DNA of 64,000 bases from Azolla caroliniana (taxonomy: Eukaryota > Plantae > Polypodiophyta). The position numbers and the translations under genes were made by a program. The notes beneath the pieces are model-generated. The model was not told where the DNA came from and did not search any database. It was given only the letters and a program-made list of their open reading frames with translations. How positions within the stretch are numbered: position 1 is the first letter of the stretch; every line of letters starts with the position of its first letter. Shown here piece by piece: positions 1-12,551 of the stretch. Location of the stretch: the NCBI GenBank assembly GCA_043228905.1, contig JBHGNT010000015.1:10540001-10604000 (forward strand), read 5' to 3'.

Positions 1-574
1 CCTATTCGGATGTTGTTTAACCGAATGAAGCACGATTGGGTTGGTTGTTGCTCAAGGAGATCCCCTCAAGCGGTTACAATCACAGGAACAGAGTACAGCC
101 GACTGGCTTACTCCAAATTGTGATTTAATACAGTGAGATGCGAGCTTTTTGTTTTTCTTCTCCCTTCTCTATTCTTCAAAGAAAACGAAAATGGAATGTT
201 GTGTGGTGTACTATGACGGCCGGCAATGGGTTGAAGAACCTCCAACGTTGTGATGCCAAATGTTGGGGACAAGGCCGTCAATGCGGAAGTGCAAGCAACA
301 TTCGTGATGAAGAAGAACCTGGGTATGCGCATAAAACAAGATAGACACATAGAGAGAGAGAGAGAGAGACACACACACACACACAAACCAATGTTATATT
401 CCAATAGCAACAGTTACAAAGAATGACAACCAACCTCAACTAAAGGTTACAAAGTCACTTTATATAATGACTATCTTAGGGCAACTGCCCTTTATGCTAT
501 TTACAGAAATAGCCCAAACTTGGGTTGTCCAAAGGGACAGTGTGAATACGGCCATTATACACTCGTATTCGACA
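1..574 (-). mobile_element. 5' end of a Ty1/Copia element: leader, degenerate PBS and 5' LTR (261-574); relative of the 25615-31092 element
   Basis: 1-120 resembles the leader at 30510-30630. TGATGCCA at 251-258 is a degenerate reverse-complement PBS (TGATACCA). The LTR runs TGTTGG(261)...GTATTCGACA(574) and shares long blocks with LTR 25615-25911 (e.g. GGCAACTGCCCTTTATGCTA). Confidence 0.8.
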
Positions 575-3350
575 TGGACCACATGAGCCCCTGAGTGACC
601 AAAGCACATCTCAGCTAAGTCTGAAACTCGACAAAAGGAAGGCCAAGATGTCGGAATACGAAGATCCAATCGACAACGAGTCAACTCACTCCCTGACAAT
701 GAGTTCGAAGGCCTAGACATCCCAATCATCCGGACGAATGGAGCGAAGAAAGCCTTAGACTCTACAAACAAGAAGCCTTAGACTCTACAACCCAGTTATC
801 TGATTCGGCTACGATGAGTATATATGGCATACCACTATGCCTTTATGATGAAGGTGGCGACTGTCCGAGAACCAGAAACCTTTTCCGAGGCAGCCAAGGA
901 TCCGCGATGGATCAAAGTTGTTACTCCTGGGCTGGACTAGCCACTAACACAGGGTGTCCTTCCGGATCACTTCACCAAAGGGGTGGTTGCGGGGTAAGGA
1001 TTCGACTCCGATTTGATCGTAACCGGCACTTCCAGATCGATTCCGAATAGACAATCACATATGGTTGATTACACACGTAAGATAAAGACAATAAGCACAA
1101 CACAGAATTGACAGATACACAATAGTAACAAACCTCTCTTATACTAGTTCCACTCCCATATACATCGTTCTTCGGATCCTTTTATAGGTATCCGATTATG
1201 TTTACAAAACGGTGCCAAACCGGCAACCAGCTACAAACCGATCCGGATCCGGATCGATACATCCTTTCCGGGTTTGCCCATTCCTATTATCCTTAAATAC
1301 TAATTTTTAATAATTACGAAACCGGCTCTCCCCCTAACTACTTTTCATACTCTAGCCACCGGCCAACAAAAGCGATGAATGAAGAAATGTAGGCTTTAAA
1401 CAAAAACGAGACATGGGATCTTGTTCCCCATTCTACAGACAAGAAAGTGATCGGTTGAATATGGATATATAAGGTAAAATACAATGCCGACGTCTCGGTA
1501 AATTGCTACAAGGCACGACTCGTAGCTAAGGGATACACTCAAACGCACAGAATCAATTATGAGGAGACCTTTGCCCTAGTGGCAAAGATGATGACTGTTC
1601 GATGGTCATCGCTCTTGCAGCTGCACAAGGGTGGCATCTCCACCAAATGGATGTGAAGAATGCCTTCCTGCAAGGCGAATTAGAAGAGGAAGTCTTCATG
1701 ATTCAACCACTAGGTTTTGAATCGAGTAAACACCTGAAAGCAGTCAGCCAACTCAAGAAGCCTTTATACAACCTCAAGCAAGCCCCGCGTGCTTGGCATT
1801 CGAAGATCACCCAGTATCAGCACCAAATCGGCTTCCAAATGTCAAAATCAAACAACTCCCTATACATCCGAAATGAGTCACACAACTCGATGGTCATCAG
1901 TTTGTACGTGCTAGATGATATGGTCATCAGAGGAAAGGATCTCGCCGAGATCAATAAGGTCAAATCATTCCTAACCGGCAGATTTGAAATGACAGATATG
2001 CACGAGCTCCATTTCTTCCTCGATATCAAAGTAATTCGAACACCAATCGGGATATTGATCTCTCAATAGCACTACATCCTCAACTTATTCTACAAGTTCG
2101 GATTGACAGAGTGCAAACCTGTGTCTACCCCTCTCGATCGAAAGCTCAAACTCAATGCCGATTCGGGAATAGAAGAGTGTGAGTCGACTCAGTATCGTCA
2201 ACTGATCGGTGGCCTCATCTATCTAACCATCACAAGACCCGACCTCAGCTATTTGGTTGGCCTACTTAGCCAATTCATGCAGAATCCTCGAAATGTTGAT
2301 CTCGATTGCGCTAAGAGGGTACTTAGGTACGTCTGTGGGACGATGGACGATCACTCAGCTCGAAGCGTACACGAACGTAGACTGGGCCGACTATAAGGCC
2401 GATAGACGATCGACTTTTGGATTCGTCTTCTCCCTTGGCAGTGTAGAGATCTCCTAGAGCAGCAAAAAGCAACCGACAGTCGCACTTTCGAGTATAGAGG
2501 CAGAATACAGGGGTACGGCAGTCGCCGCATGCGAGGCCGTCTGGCTAAAGCACATATTGAAGCATCTAGGCATTCTCATCAAGGATCTGATTCTCCTCTA
2601 CTGCAACAACACGCACACACTCAGCATATTGAAGTGCACTATCCCTTCAACCGAGAGCACGTTCAGGCTGGAGATGTTGATTTACAACACATCAGCTTGA
2701 ATCTTTAGGTAGCCAACATCTTCACAAAAACCCTAGGGGTCGACAAGCTGCGACAGTTAGCAACAAACCTTGGCCTCTCGATCACTGACCAGCTGCACTT
2801 GAGGGGGAGTACCGAAAAACAATAGTAATTTTCGATGTCGAACAACAGTCGATCAGTCAATCGAAGCCAACCAAAGGAGTCAAAGTATGATAACAATCAA
2901 GCCGAGCGCCGAACAAGGAGCACGAAGTAATCGAGTAGTTGAAAGCCGAACACCGAAACAACTCGAAAGTCGAAGCCGATTCAGCCGAATCGAAGGTTTT
3001 TTGAAGATCGAACCGAACCAACGTTTCAACATCCAGAAGTTGTGTTCGAGGGGTTTGTTGAGAATCGAACTCAACTTCCCATAGAGACAATGTTCACACT
3101 AGCCAGTGGACATCATACTAGGCTAGATTTGTAATTAGTAGAAAGGGCACTTCTTGTAGACTAGTTGGTATTTAAACCAACTCTTTGTAACTTAGTTCCT
3201 GTTGGATGTAATCTATCCTTTTATGAATATGTCTTCTTGCTCAAGCTCTCTCTCTCACTCTCTCACTCGGTCTTGCCTTATGTGCACTCACACACCCACA
3301 CATAGCTCGCTTCCATTGCACAACACCATCTACGTCTCTCCTTATTAACA
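575..3350 (+). mobile_element. Degenerate Ty1/Copia 3' half (RT/RNase H pseudogene) with putative 3' LTR 3056-3350
   Basis: Translated motifs [41 protein letters not shown] and DWADYKADRRST, with stops and frameshifts. LTR starts TGTTGAGAATCGAACTCAAC (like 4572 and 49062) and ends TTAACA at 3350. Confidence 0.85.
919..1368. mobile_element. Solo LTR inserted into Copia pol
   Basis: TGTT...AACA termini with flanks AAAGT/AAAGC (5-bp TSD, one mismatch). Removing it restores the pol peptide RWIKAMNEEM. Confidence 0.8.
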
Positions 3351-4100
3351 ATCTCAATATAGGTCAATAAGCTTCCTGATAAGGAGGTTATGGGTGACTT
3401 GAACCCATACCCTCCTAAGAGAGATATTCATATTATACATAAAAATATTATAATTTACTTTATTGTAACTTTGATATTGTGACCCTACAAATATCCAAAG
3501 GGTATCATGATGGGCTATAAATTTCCAATGGGCAAATGCTACTCGTATATTAAACAAGACATATTGTATTGTTAGAAACATTCTAGTTCAACACTAGTCT
3601 TTAGTGAATAGTTTAGTTCTCACTCTTGTACATTTTTTGTGGATGGGTGTTGATCAATCATTATAGGTTCCTATTGAATGGGTTTGTATCATAGACTTTA
3701 TATTGGATGTCGAGTGTTGAGTGTTGCATGCCAGTCCAAACAAGGACATGACCATCATGATATCATGGCACCCACGAAGAACCTATGCCCACTCCGTTCA
3801 TGGAACTCAGACCCCCGCCACCCGCCACCCACATTGAAGTTATGTTGTGTGATGATATTGATGTTAGTCCAGGTATTGCCACACACCCTACATCTCCACT
3901 CATCGTCGCCTCAACCATTGCCACCAAAACCCATGCTTCATTGCCAAGACTCATAATTGATGACACTACCTTGACATGTCTTCACAAGATGCTCCAATGT
4001 TGAAGCACCATTCCTCATTCCCCCACTTAAACACAACTGGCTTAGGATACCACAACACACGCTACTGATATGATAATAGTACTATTGGCCACCCCTTTAC

Positions 4101-4239
4101 CAATCCATACATAAGCTCTTGCAATCTTGCCTATTGTCAATGCAATCAACAAAGTGGTTACATCGCTCCAATCCATACATAAGCTCTTGCAATCTTGCCT
4201 ATTGTCAATGCAATCAACAAAGTGGTTACATCGCTCCAA
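4101..4239. repeat. Tandem duplication, 68-bp unit x2
   Basis: CAATCCATACATAAGCTCTTGCAATC... starts at 4101 and again at 4169. Confidence 0.9.
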
Positions 4240-4571
4240 CATAAGCTAGACACCCTAGTTTACGCCTACATGAAACATCAACACTCATACAAGAGATGCA
4301 CATGTAGAATGCAGATCTCACATGCCAACTCAAATCTACAAGAAATGACCTCAGACTAACAACTTTGGCCACTTCAATGCAACCACATTGAGTCGGAACT
4401 AAGAAAGCCAACTTACTCACATTAAAACCACATGTGAACAAGCCAATCACATTGAACAACAGGGCAATACCAAATAGCAAACTATTATTGCTCAATGGGC
4501 CAATGAACATTGTACAAGTGCTCACACTCATAGCAAATTAAACAAAACTTGTACACACTAAGAAAAGTCTT

Positions 4572-6352
4572 TGTTGAGAATCAAGCTCAACTTGGTCTAG
4601 TGTGTGAACTCACCTTGAGAGTGAATAGACACTCCAACGGTCAAGAGTCACCATTATGTCACCTCCTTGTATTCTAGCATTTAGTATGAGTCATAGAATC
4701 ATATTCTATGACACATAACTTATGAGCTTTCACATTCCCCATGCTCCATGAGTCTTGTAGTTAATGAAGAGAGAGGGTGACTATATAAAGCACCCTCCTC
4801 CCACCTTGTATTTAGTTCTCCTCCCACCTTGTATTTAGTTGAGTCTTTCTCCTTTGTTAATATAATCTACCTTGCGTATACTTTGTCTGTGTCTTACTCC
4901 TTGTCTCTCTCACTCTCTCTCTCTCTCTCTCATACACACACAGTTCACACCTATTCCACTACACAAGAATCATACCTGATTCTTTACATGGTATCAGAGC
5001 GATTTGGTAGCTCGATCTAGCCCATTCGCCTCATCGTGATCGTGTGTTGTGCTCTACGTCGACGACCAAGAACCGGCTCATCGCTATCGTAGCTTTGCTA
5101 CATAGCTCCCATTCGAAGAGAAGAAGAAGAAGAAGAAGAATCGACATAATGAATACTCAAATGGGGAGCGCTCTCCCGACCGAGAAGTTGGATCGAAACA
5201 ACTTCGCATCTTGGGAGTACAAGATGCACCAATACCTTGTCGGACAAGGCTATTGGAGCTACATCAAAGGAGAGCACGAAGACCGACCCGCCGAAGCGGC
5301 TCCCAGATACGCGACATGGGAGCAAGCCACAAGCCGCGTGATGTATTGCTTGGCGACATGTGTTCACGATCACATGCTCAGCTACATTCGCGAAGCCAAG
5401 ACGCCGAAGGAGGCATGGGAAAATCTACGAAAGATTTTCGCGGTGAACACAACCGCAAGAAGGCTTCAACTCCGCCAAGAGTTGAACAACATTCAACAAA
5501 GTGACATGACCATCACGACATACACCTTGAAGATCAAGGAGCTTTGTGACTCGCTCGGCTCGATAAGCGTAAGTATAGATGATGATGAGATGGTGCAAAT
5601 ATGCCTCGGCGGCCTCGCACCACGGTTCGGCGCGATGCAAACCGCCGTTCTAACAAGGGAGAAATCTCCCTCCTTCTTCAAGCTCCAATCAATGCTATTG
5701 GTCGAAGAAAACCACATGCGTACAAGGAGCAATGAGTCGGAAGGCCACATTCTCTACACGCACTCGAACGGAGGAAGAGGACGCGAACGAGCGAGAGGCC
5801 GATTCGGCCAAGGACAAGGCGGACGAGGTCCGACCTACGACAACAAGTCCCAATTTCGGCCGCAAAACGGAAGCCAACGAGGAACCTTCGCAAGAAGGGG
5901 GAGCTTCCACTCCGGCCTAAGCCGTCAAAACGCAACCGAATGCGGATATTGCGGAAAGCTCGGCCACCACGAAGAAGAGTGTCAAAAGAAGATGCGTGAA
6001 TCAGCTTCCACAAGCCGACAACTCACAAATTATGCGCACAATTCCGACTACGAAGAGTATAGCGGAATGTACGGGCACAACTCCGACTACGAAGATCGTG
6101 GCGGAATGTATGCACACAACTCCGACCGTGGTGGAATGTTCATGATGAAACATAGAGCAAACTCTATGTCCGCCTCTACCTCAACTAATGCCTCCGGTCC
6201 GGAAGACGTATGGTTCGTCGATTCCGGTGCCTTGAACCATATGACATCGCATCAAGAATTGTTCAGAGAACTTCGAGAGTCGGACCGACCCGGCTATGTT
6301 GAAACCGGAGACGACACTATGCACCCGATTCGGCACATCGGCAATGTTCCGT
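4572..6352 (+). mobile_element. Truncated Ty1/Copia: 5' LTR 4572-4988, PBS (tRNA-iMet) 4989-5000, gag and protease
   Basis: LTR TG...CA followed by TGGTATCAGAGC. Gag is homologous to that at 49543. Sequence is cut off at ~6352. Confidence 0.9.
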
Positions 6353-6381
6353 TGTCGCGAAAATACGACGAGGATACGTGA
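5149..6381 (+). CDS. Copia Gag-protease (truncated polyprotein)
   Basis: UBN2-type gag (LPTEKLDRNNFASW), zinc knuckle CGYCGKLGHHEEEC, protease WFVDSGA. The last ~9 codons come from the inserted sequence. Confidence 0.8.
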   Translation: MNTQMGSALPTEKLDRNNFASWEYKMHQYLVGQGYWSYIKGEHEDRPAEAAPRYATWEQATSRVMYCLATCVHDHMLSYIREAKTPKEAWENLRKIFAVNTTARRLQLRQELNNIQQSDMTITTYTLKIKELCDSLGSISVSIDDDEMVQICLGGLAPRFGAMQTAVLTREKSPSFFKLQSMLLVEENHMRTRSNESEGHILYTHSNGGRGRERARGRFGQGQGGRGPTYDNKSQFRPQNGSQRGTFARRGSFHSGLSRQNATECGYCGKLGHHEEECQKKMRESASTSRQLTNYAHNSDYEEYSGMYGHNSDYEDRGGMYAHNSDRGGMFMMKHRANSMSASTSTNASGPEDVWFVDSGALNHMTSHQELFRELRESDRPGYVETGDDTMHPIRHIGNVPLSRKYDEDT

Positions 6382-6977
6382 ACTTTGAGGCAAGACCCTG
6401 AGGCCTCCGACCGGAAGATATCAAATACGTATGTTTATATTAAACAATTAATGGAAAATGAGAAAGATTGACAAATTTCATTAATAAATAGAAAAAAAAG
6501 ATTACAATTAATCCCAAGATCGGAATTATAAAAGTTTAGCTTATGGAGATTACTAGATTAATAGATTAGAAGAAACTAAATATGGATTCAATAGAAATTT
6601 TGGGTCTTTGGCTTCTCTAAGAGATTATGGTTTACCAGTTCAATAGTTTCCGTATGGAAAATTAGGGTTTTTGGCTTCCGTAGGGAAAATTAGGGTTTTT
6701 TGGCTTCCGTAGGGAAAATTAGTGTTTTTGGTTTCCGTAAGGAAATTAGGGTTTTTGAGAGATATGGCTTCGATGAGATAAGAGAGCTAAGAAGGAAAAT
6801 AAAATAAAAATTATGGAGAGAGAGTATGAGTGTAAAAAAAAATGGAAAAATTATATGGAGTTCTCCTGTTGATCATATGCATCTCCACTTTTTGTTGCAT
6901 GGCCTCTAATTTTAGTTACATCTATTTTTAGTTTCCGGCCAGTTTCCGGTTTTTGGGAACTTAACCACCATCATACA
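6353..6977. mobile_element. LTR-like AT-rich insert with internal ~28-bp tandem repeats (6640-6757)
   Basis: Begins with TGT exactly where the protease ORF breaks off. Repeat unit is AAATTAGGGTTTTTGGCTTCCGTAGGGA. No TSD found and the right end is uncertain. Confidence 0.4.
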
Positions 6978-7034
6978 TCAAGACAAAGTGGCCAAAGTGC
7001 TCTTAGCACAAATGAAAATGAGGGGTCTGAAAGT

Positions 7035-7727
7035 GCTTATATACCCGAGCATTTGATCGTGAACACACAAGGCAAAGCAATATGAGACTCGACTTGTTGC
7101 TTGCTGCCAAGTTGGGAAGTCTCCGTGTGTCGGCTTTGGTGGTACCTCGTTTACTCCTTCCACGTAACTCCAATAACCATGGCCTAGTAGGTACTAATGC
7201 ATCTTATACGACCAAGATTCATAGTTGCTCCTATCTAGCTTTTCTGACGGCAGTGAGCTACCAATTCCTCTATCCATGTTCCTGTGAATCTTGTCCGGAG
7301 ATTAAAGGCTTGTCTGTGTTGAAAACGCTTGTCGACAACAGAGGATATTCAACCCTCGTCCTCTGATACCATGTAAAGAGTTTCGTATGCAGAAGCTTAT
7401 GAACAACACAGTCGGCTTAGTCATAGTTAGGTAAAACACAAAGAAAAGCAGAAATACAGTAAGCGAGAACGGGAGAGACAAAGAGAGCAGAAGATAAAAA
7501 ACTTAGATTCAAAATAATACTCTCTATATACACAAGTGTGCTCAGAGAGCACTTTTATACAAGCCCTCACAACGGGTTGACACAAGTATCGTCAGTACTT
7601 GAATGCTCATAAAGAGCCTACGACACTAACTCCCTAAAATATTCCTAATACTAAGACTAGGAATATAGACTTCTTCAACCCATCGGCCTTTAGCCGATCT
7701 GGCTCATGTTGAGCTTGTCTCTCAACA
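7035..7727 (-). mobile_element. Copia 5' fragment: LTR 7372-7727, PBS 7361-7371, degenerate gag N-terminus
   Basis: CTCTGATACCA next to TGTAAAG. The LTR reads TGTTGAGAGACAAGCTCAAC on the minus strand, the same start as 49062. Gag peptide FPTWQQATSRVSYCFALCVHDQMLGY. Confidence 0.85.
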
Positions 7728-9060
7728 CCAAGACTACATCCCCTATGCCAACAGCCTCTGTCACACCCTGGTTGGCCATTTTGACCTTACCAAAGTCACC
7801 ACCGGTATATGACTCAAACATCTCCCGATATAGGGTAATGTGATACGAGGCTCCCGAGTCAATGACCCAATCGGTTTGTTGACATGCTAAACTATCACAA
7901 GGATCATCTCAAACAATAATAATATAGCCATCACATGTGGCTGTTATAAGGTCATTTTTCTTGTCGTTAGTGGTTCCATTCTTCTAGTCCCTCTTCTTCT
8001 TCCTACAATCTCTTTTGTAGTGATTTGGACCACCACAATAACGACATGAGAAATCTTTCTTGAAGTCTTTCCTACTTCTAGATTTTGACCTCCCCTCAAC
8101 ATTACTTCGGTGATCTTGTGAACCCCCGAGTATGGCTTCTTTCTCTATTGGGGTTGTTTTCTGTGACCAAGGATTTATGGTCATTTAAGTTGGACTCATG
8201 CTCCTTTCATCGTGCTTCTTTATGTAGAAGACTCGACTTAAGCATGTCCAATGTCAACTCTTTTTGTTGTGTTGTAGTCCCAAGTGTCACAACAAGGGTT
8301 TCCCAATTATCTAGGAAAGAGCCTAACAATAACAAGGTCAACACCTCATTTGCTAGAGGTAATATAAAGAGAGAGTTTGATTTATTAGTCCTTGAAACGT
8401 ATTTAGATGCTCTGGCATACTAGAGCCATCTTGATATCTAAGTCTTACAAGTTTCCTAAACACGGATACTCTATTTAAGGCATTTTTGGTTTGAAACATA
8501 TTCTTGATTTTCCTCCATAACTCGTTTGCTTTGGTTTCATCATCGAAGTTGTTATATGGACTCATGTCTATAAAACAGTGTATGTATGTTGTTGTTTTTA
8601 GATGCATTGCTTCCCAAGTCAATTCATCTATTTTATCCGGTTTGCCCTCACCATATTGTACGAGCAAACACAAATCCTTACATAACAGCATGTCCCTCAT
8701 TTTGGACTTCCATATGAGATAGTTGGATCTAGTTAGCTTAATCATCCCACCTAATGATTCATCCATATTCCAAATTTTGCGAAGGGTATGAACCACAACC
8801 CTGATACCACTTGTTAGGAATATGGGACTAAATCGGGATGAGCTTTAGACTTCCAACACGATATAAGATAGACACAACGGAAACAAAAATCAGAGTACAC
8901 CAAATTTTAATGTGGAAACCCCAAATAGGGAAAAACCACGGGAACTGTAGGTTCTAAATAGCTTCACTATGTTCTAAGTACAACTGAATACAACCTCCAA
9001 ACAACTTGACTATGTTTTGAATACAATTGAATTTGCAAGGCTTTAATCTTGCTTATGATG
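7728..9060 (-). mobile_element. Degenerate Tnt1/Tork-like Copia: gag-protease, PBS 8801-8809, LTR from 8812
   Basis: MIKLTRSNYLIWKSKMRDML gag, zinc knuckle CRYCGGPNHYKRDC, WVIDSGASYH protease (~7840-7870), CTGATACCA followed by TGTTAGG. The far LTR end is not resolved. Confidence 0.8.
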
Positions 9061-11442
9061 AACTAAGTGATGCAAGAATTGTTCACTTGAAAGGTATGTT
9101 TGTTATCAGACTACACATTCCTATAGAAGCAACTTTAGATGTCAAGGATGCGGAGAGAGGTAAACACAAGTCTTATTTCAGTGTCATACAAGTTGCATTG
9201 TGTGTATACATGTATTTTTCTAAGAATGTGAATGAAGGTGAAAGAGTGACAATTATGGTCATTGTGATTGATGTCCATGGTAGAGCAAACCTCGTGATGG
9301 TAGGTTTAGTACTTCCACTCTAAAATATAGATTTTGTGTTTGGATTCTTTCATTGTTTAAAAATCGCGTTCACATCTCCAAGTTTTGATTCTAGAAATCT
9401 ATAGTAAAATCTGTAATTCATTTTCAAATTAAGTTCATGTACCAATACCATGGTTGTAACTTCAGATATGTACACAAGAGAGTAAAATTCAACAAATTAA
9501 ATTCTGTTAATTATGTTTATTTGACCACACTTATTGCATGGTTTTTTTGGTTATATGGCTACATCAATATCGATGAGTTGGGAGTTCCTTGGAGTATTGT
9601 TTTGAATATGACATCGAGAAACTGGGACGCCATACGCAATAGATAAAGGCATGTACCAATCAACAAACTTACATTCACGTAAAAACCAAATTAAAATTCA
9701 AAAGTTCCAATTTTAAAAACAATTATTGAAAAAAAGTTTCAAAAAGTTTATTTCATTTTTTTTATCGTAACACATAAAAATGCATCAAGAATGGCATCAC
9801 ACACTGATAATACATAAGCGATGCAATTAGTGATGCCCATAGCAACGTGTTTTTGTTGGTAAGCCCCTATTCTATATAAATATTAGTTGTTTCAGCTGAC
9901 ATTTTGGTTGTGAACAAGAGCGTGAGTAGAGAATGTGAGTTGAAGAGTCGGAAAATACATTGAGAGTGAGTTTCGGAGAGTGTGAGCAAGTTGAACAACA
10001 AAAGTGTGAGTATGAGCGCGAGAGAGAGAGCATCAATTCAACAAACATTGGTCTTTGTAGGGTGTTGCTTGCAACGCTTCAACAAAAGTTGCACTACAAT
10101 GCGCATGCTTTGTTGTGTGACATACAAATAATGTCACACAATGATGTCATTGTTGCATAGTGTGAGCATTTGTTTTGTCGATAATTGTGTCATATAGAGA
10201 CAATATGGAAATAGAGCAATAAACAACGTGTTTTTGGGTTGCTAACGCCCTATTTTGGAGTAGTGTAGCTAGGTTAGAATATATGGTTGGGTTAGTTTGG
10301 CCAGATTATATAATTATAGCTGGTTAGAATATGGTTACCACATTAGAAGATCATCAAGTTAGAAAATATTAACCGGGTTCGAAATAAGATGCCTACGTTT
10401 GCACTTTTTCAAGCCAACTTTGATTTAATGGTTCAAATTTCACACGAATCCCGATGCAAACTTCAAACCGTCCAAGGCACATATCACCTCGCTACCCCTA
10501 ATTATTATCTAGTTACAACTTACATATAAACATGAGTGATTTTGCATGGATTGGTGAGTGTGGTTTACAAATTCAAAGAATTATAATAGTTATGTAGTTT
10601 GCATGAACCTTCAACATGTACTCCAGAACCCTCTACATCGCATGCTTTTATTTGGGAGTGATCTGGTCTCAAGATGTAGCAACATGTATGATGTTTGAAT
10701 ATTGACTTCAACATAGATGTTACACTATTCCCCACACATTTGATTCACATGCGAGGTTAGATATAGTTATGACAATGCACACATATGAGATGGTGCTATC
10801 AACCAAACAATTAGTAGTAAAAAAATCTTTGAATTGTTTAGGTTGCGCAAGTGAGATGTAGATATTGTTCCTTTTCCACAATGTAGACATACCGACCCTA
10901 AGGAAATATTTAGTGTCCCCACTAAACCTGTAATTGGAAAAACTTTGAAGTTCTTTCTTAGCAACTTGTAGCTTGGTTCATTCTTTAAGAGATTACACCT
11001 ACTACAATGAAGGGGCTTATCAATGTCTCGTTTCTTTACAAAATGTTCCGCAAAGAAATGCAAAAGGTGGGTGTCACTAATATGTTGCTTATTGATGCTT
11101 GCAAAATGTATGCAATGTTTGCACACTTGAACACGTCACATAACAATTTTTTTATAAAACGTGTCCCTATGCAATGACCTTTTCAATTTCATTAAAATAA
11201 ATATAAGGAAACGTGCAATTCATAATGTGAAATGCACAATAATCCCTCTTTTCTTATTTCTATTTCCCTACTGCGATCGAGATGCAATGAGCAGAGTGAT
11301 GTTTTCAAAGATCGAATGTGATTCATCTTGATTTCGAACTACATGGTCTTTACACATATTAAAGTATCTCAAACAAATGCTTTCATTTTATAGGCAAAAA
11401 CAAATCATTACAACATAACATCTAGGTTTCAATGGTTTAGTT

Positions 11443-11772
11443 TAAAGTCATAGCTTAAATTATCTAGGATAACTTACACCCTATAACATTAAGGTTGTCA
11501 AGCAAAGGCTTGAACAATGGGTTTTGTTGTTATGGCCATTATAAATTTCTTCATAAGTTAGTTAGAGATTATGCACACTAATTGGTCACTTGTGAGAATT
11601 TCTTTACATCTTTGATATTTTCACATTTCCACAATCCAAAGTATGAAGATAATCACATCACTCTCGTCTTGGTAAGCAAACCGAGTTTTTGGAATACCCA
11701 CAATCTAATCTCTAGCAAATCAGAACTATGATGTTGAATGTGGTGCTTTGTAGGTTGACATCATGAGCAATT
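11443..11772. repeat. Direct repeat copy 1 (330 bp), paired with 14052-14382
   Basis: Near-identical TAAAGTCATAGCTTAAATT...TCATGAGCAATT at both loci, with a few substitutions and 1-bp indels. Confidence 0.95.
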
Positions 11773-12349
11773 TATTTATTTATTTCCAAAAAAAACTCTT
11801 TCCATTAGTTATAAAATTTTACAGATGAGATTAGTATATACAAATCCCTATAGGGACACGATAGGTCCATCTTATGTGGATGCCCATCGACTCAATAAAG
11901 GGGGAGGACGACCATTGTTGGATGAAGGCTAGTCGTTGTCTTTCAGCTCCATCGAAGTCACCCTTGAGGCCATCATATTGGCTCTTTAGAGTGGCTACCA
12001 CTTAACTCCATATCTCTTGCATTAACACTATTGGTTGCACGGTTTGGTTAGAAAAGACCCGTCTACACCGTTGTTTCCATAGAATCCAAAGAATTATTGG
12101 GCTGGCCAATTCCAACACCTCTTGAGATTTGTCATTAAGAGGAGTGGAGTGGACATTGCCGCTGGAGGAGAAAAAGACCTCTTGTGCTTGTATCACCAAA
12201 GTCATCCCCTCCTCTTGATGCTCATAATTGCCAATTGCGGTCTGCCATAATAGCCAATATATATTTCCCCACTTGATTGAGCCTTGCACCTGGCATAATT
12301 GCAACAAGCGGCCAACCCCCCGCCATATTCGATGGGATCTCCATAACAC
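11773..12349 (-). mobile_element. L1-type LINE 3' remnant
   Basis: ORF2 C-terminal motif ILWILWKQRCRRVF, homologous to the 31174 and 59188 fragments. (TTTA)n tail at 11771-11785. Confidence 0.75.
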
Positions 12350-12453
12350 TCTTCTCCTTTTTTATTCCCCTCGCTCTTTTAATTTTTTGGTTTCCCGTGT
12401 ATTTCTTCTCTCTCTCTCTCTCTCTTCCTCTATCTTTCTTGCTTTTATATCCT

Positions 12454-12491
<38 letters not shown>

Positions 12492-12516
12492 TCTATCTTT
12501 CTTGCTTTTATATCCT

Positions 12517-12551
<35 letters not shown>

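Noticed and set aside
6640-6757. CRISPR-like regularly spaced repeats
   Set aside because: Head-to-tail repeats without unique spacers, no cas genes, and a eukaryotic context.
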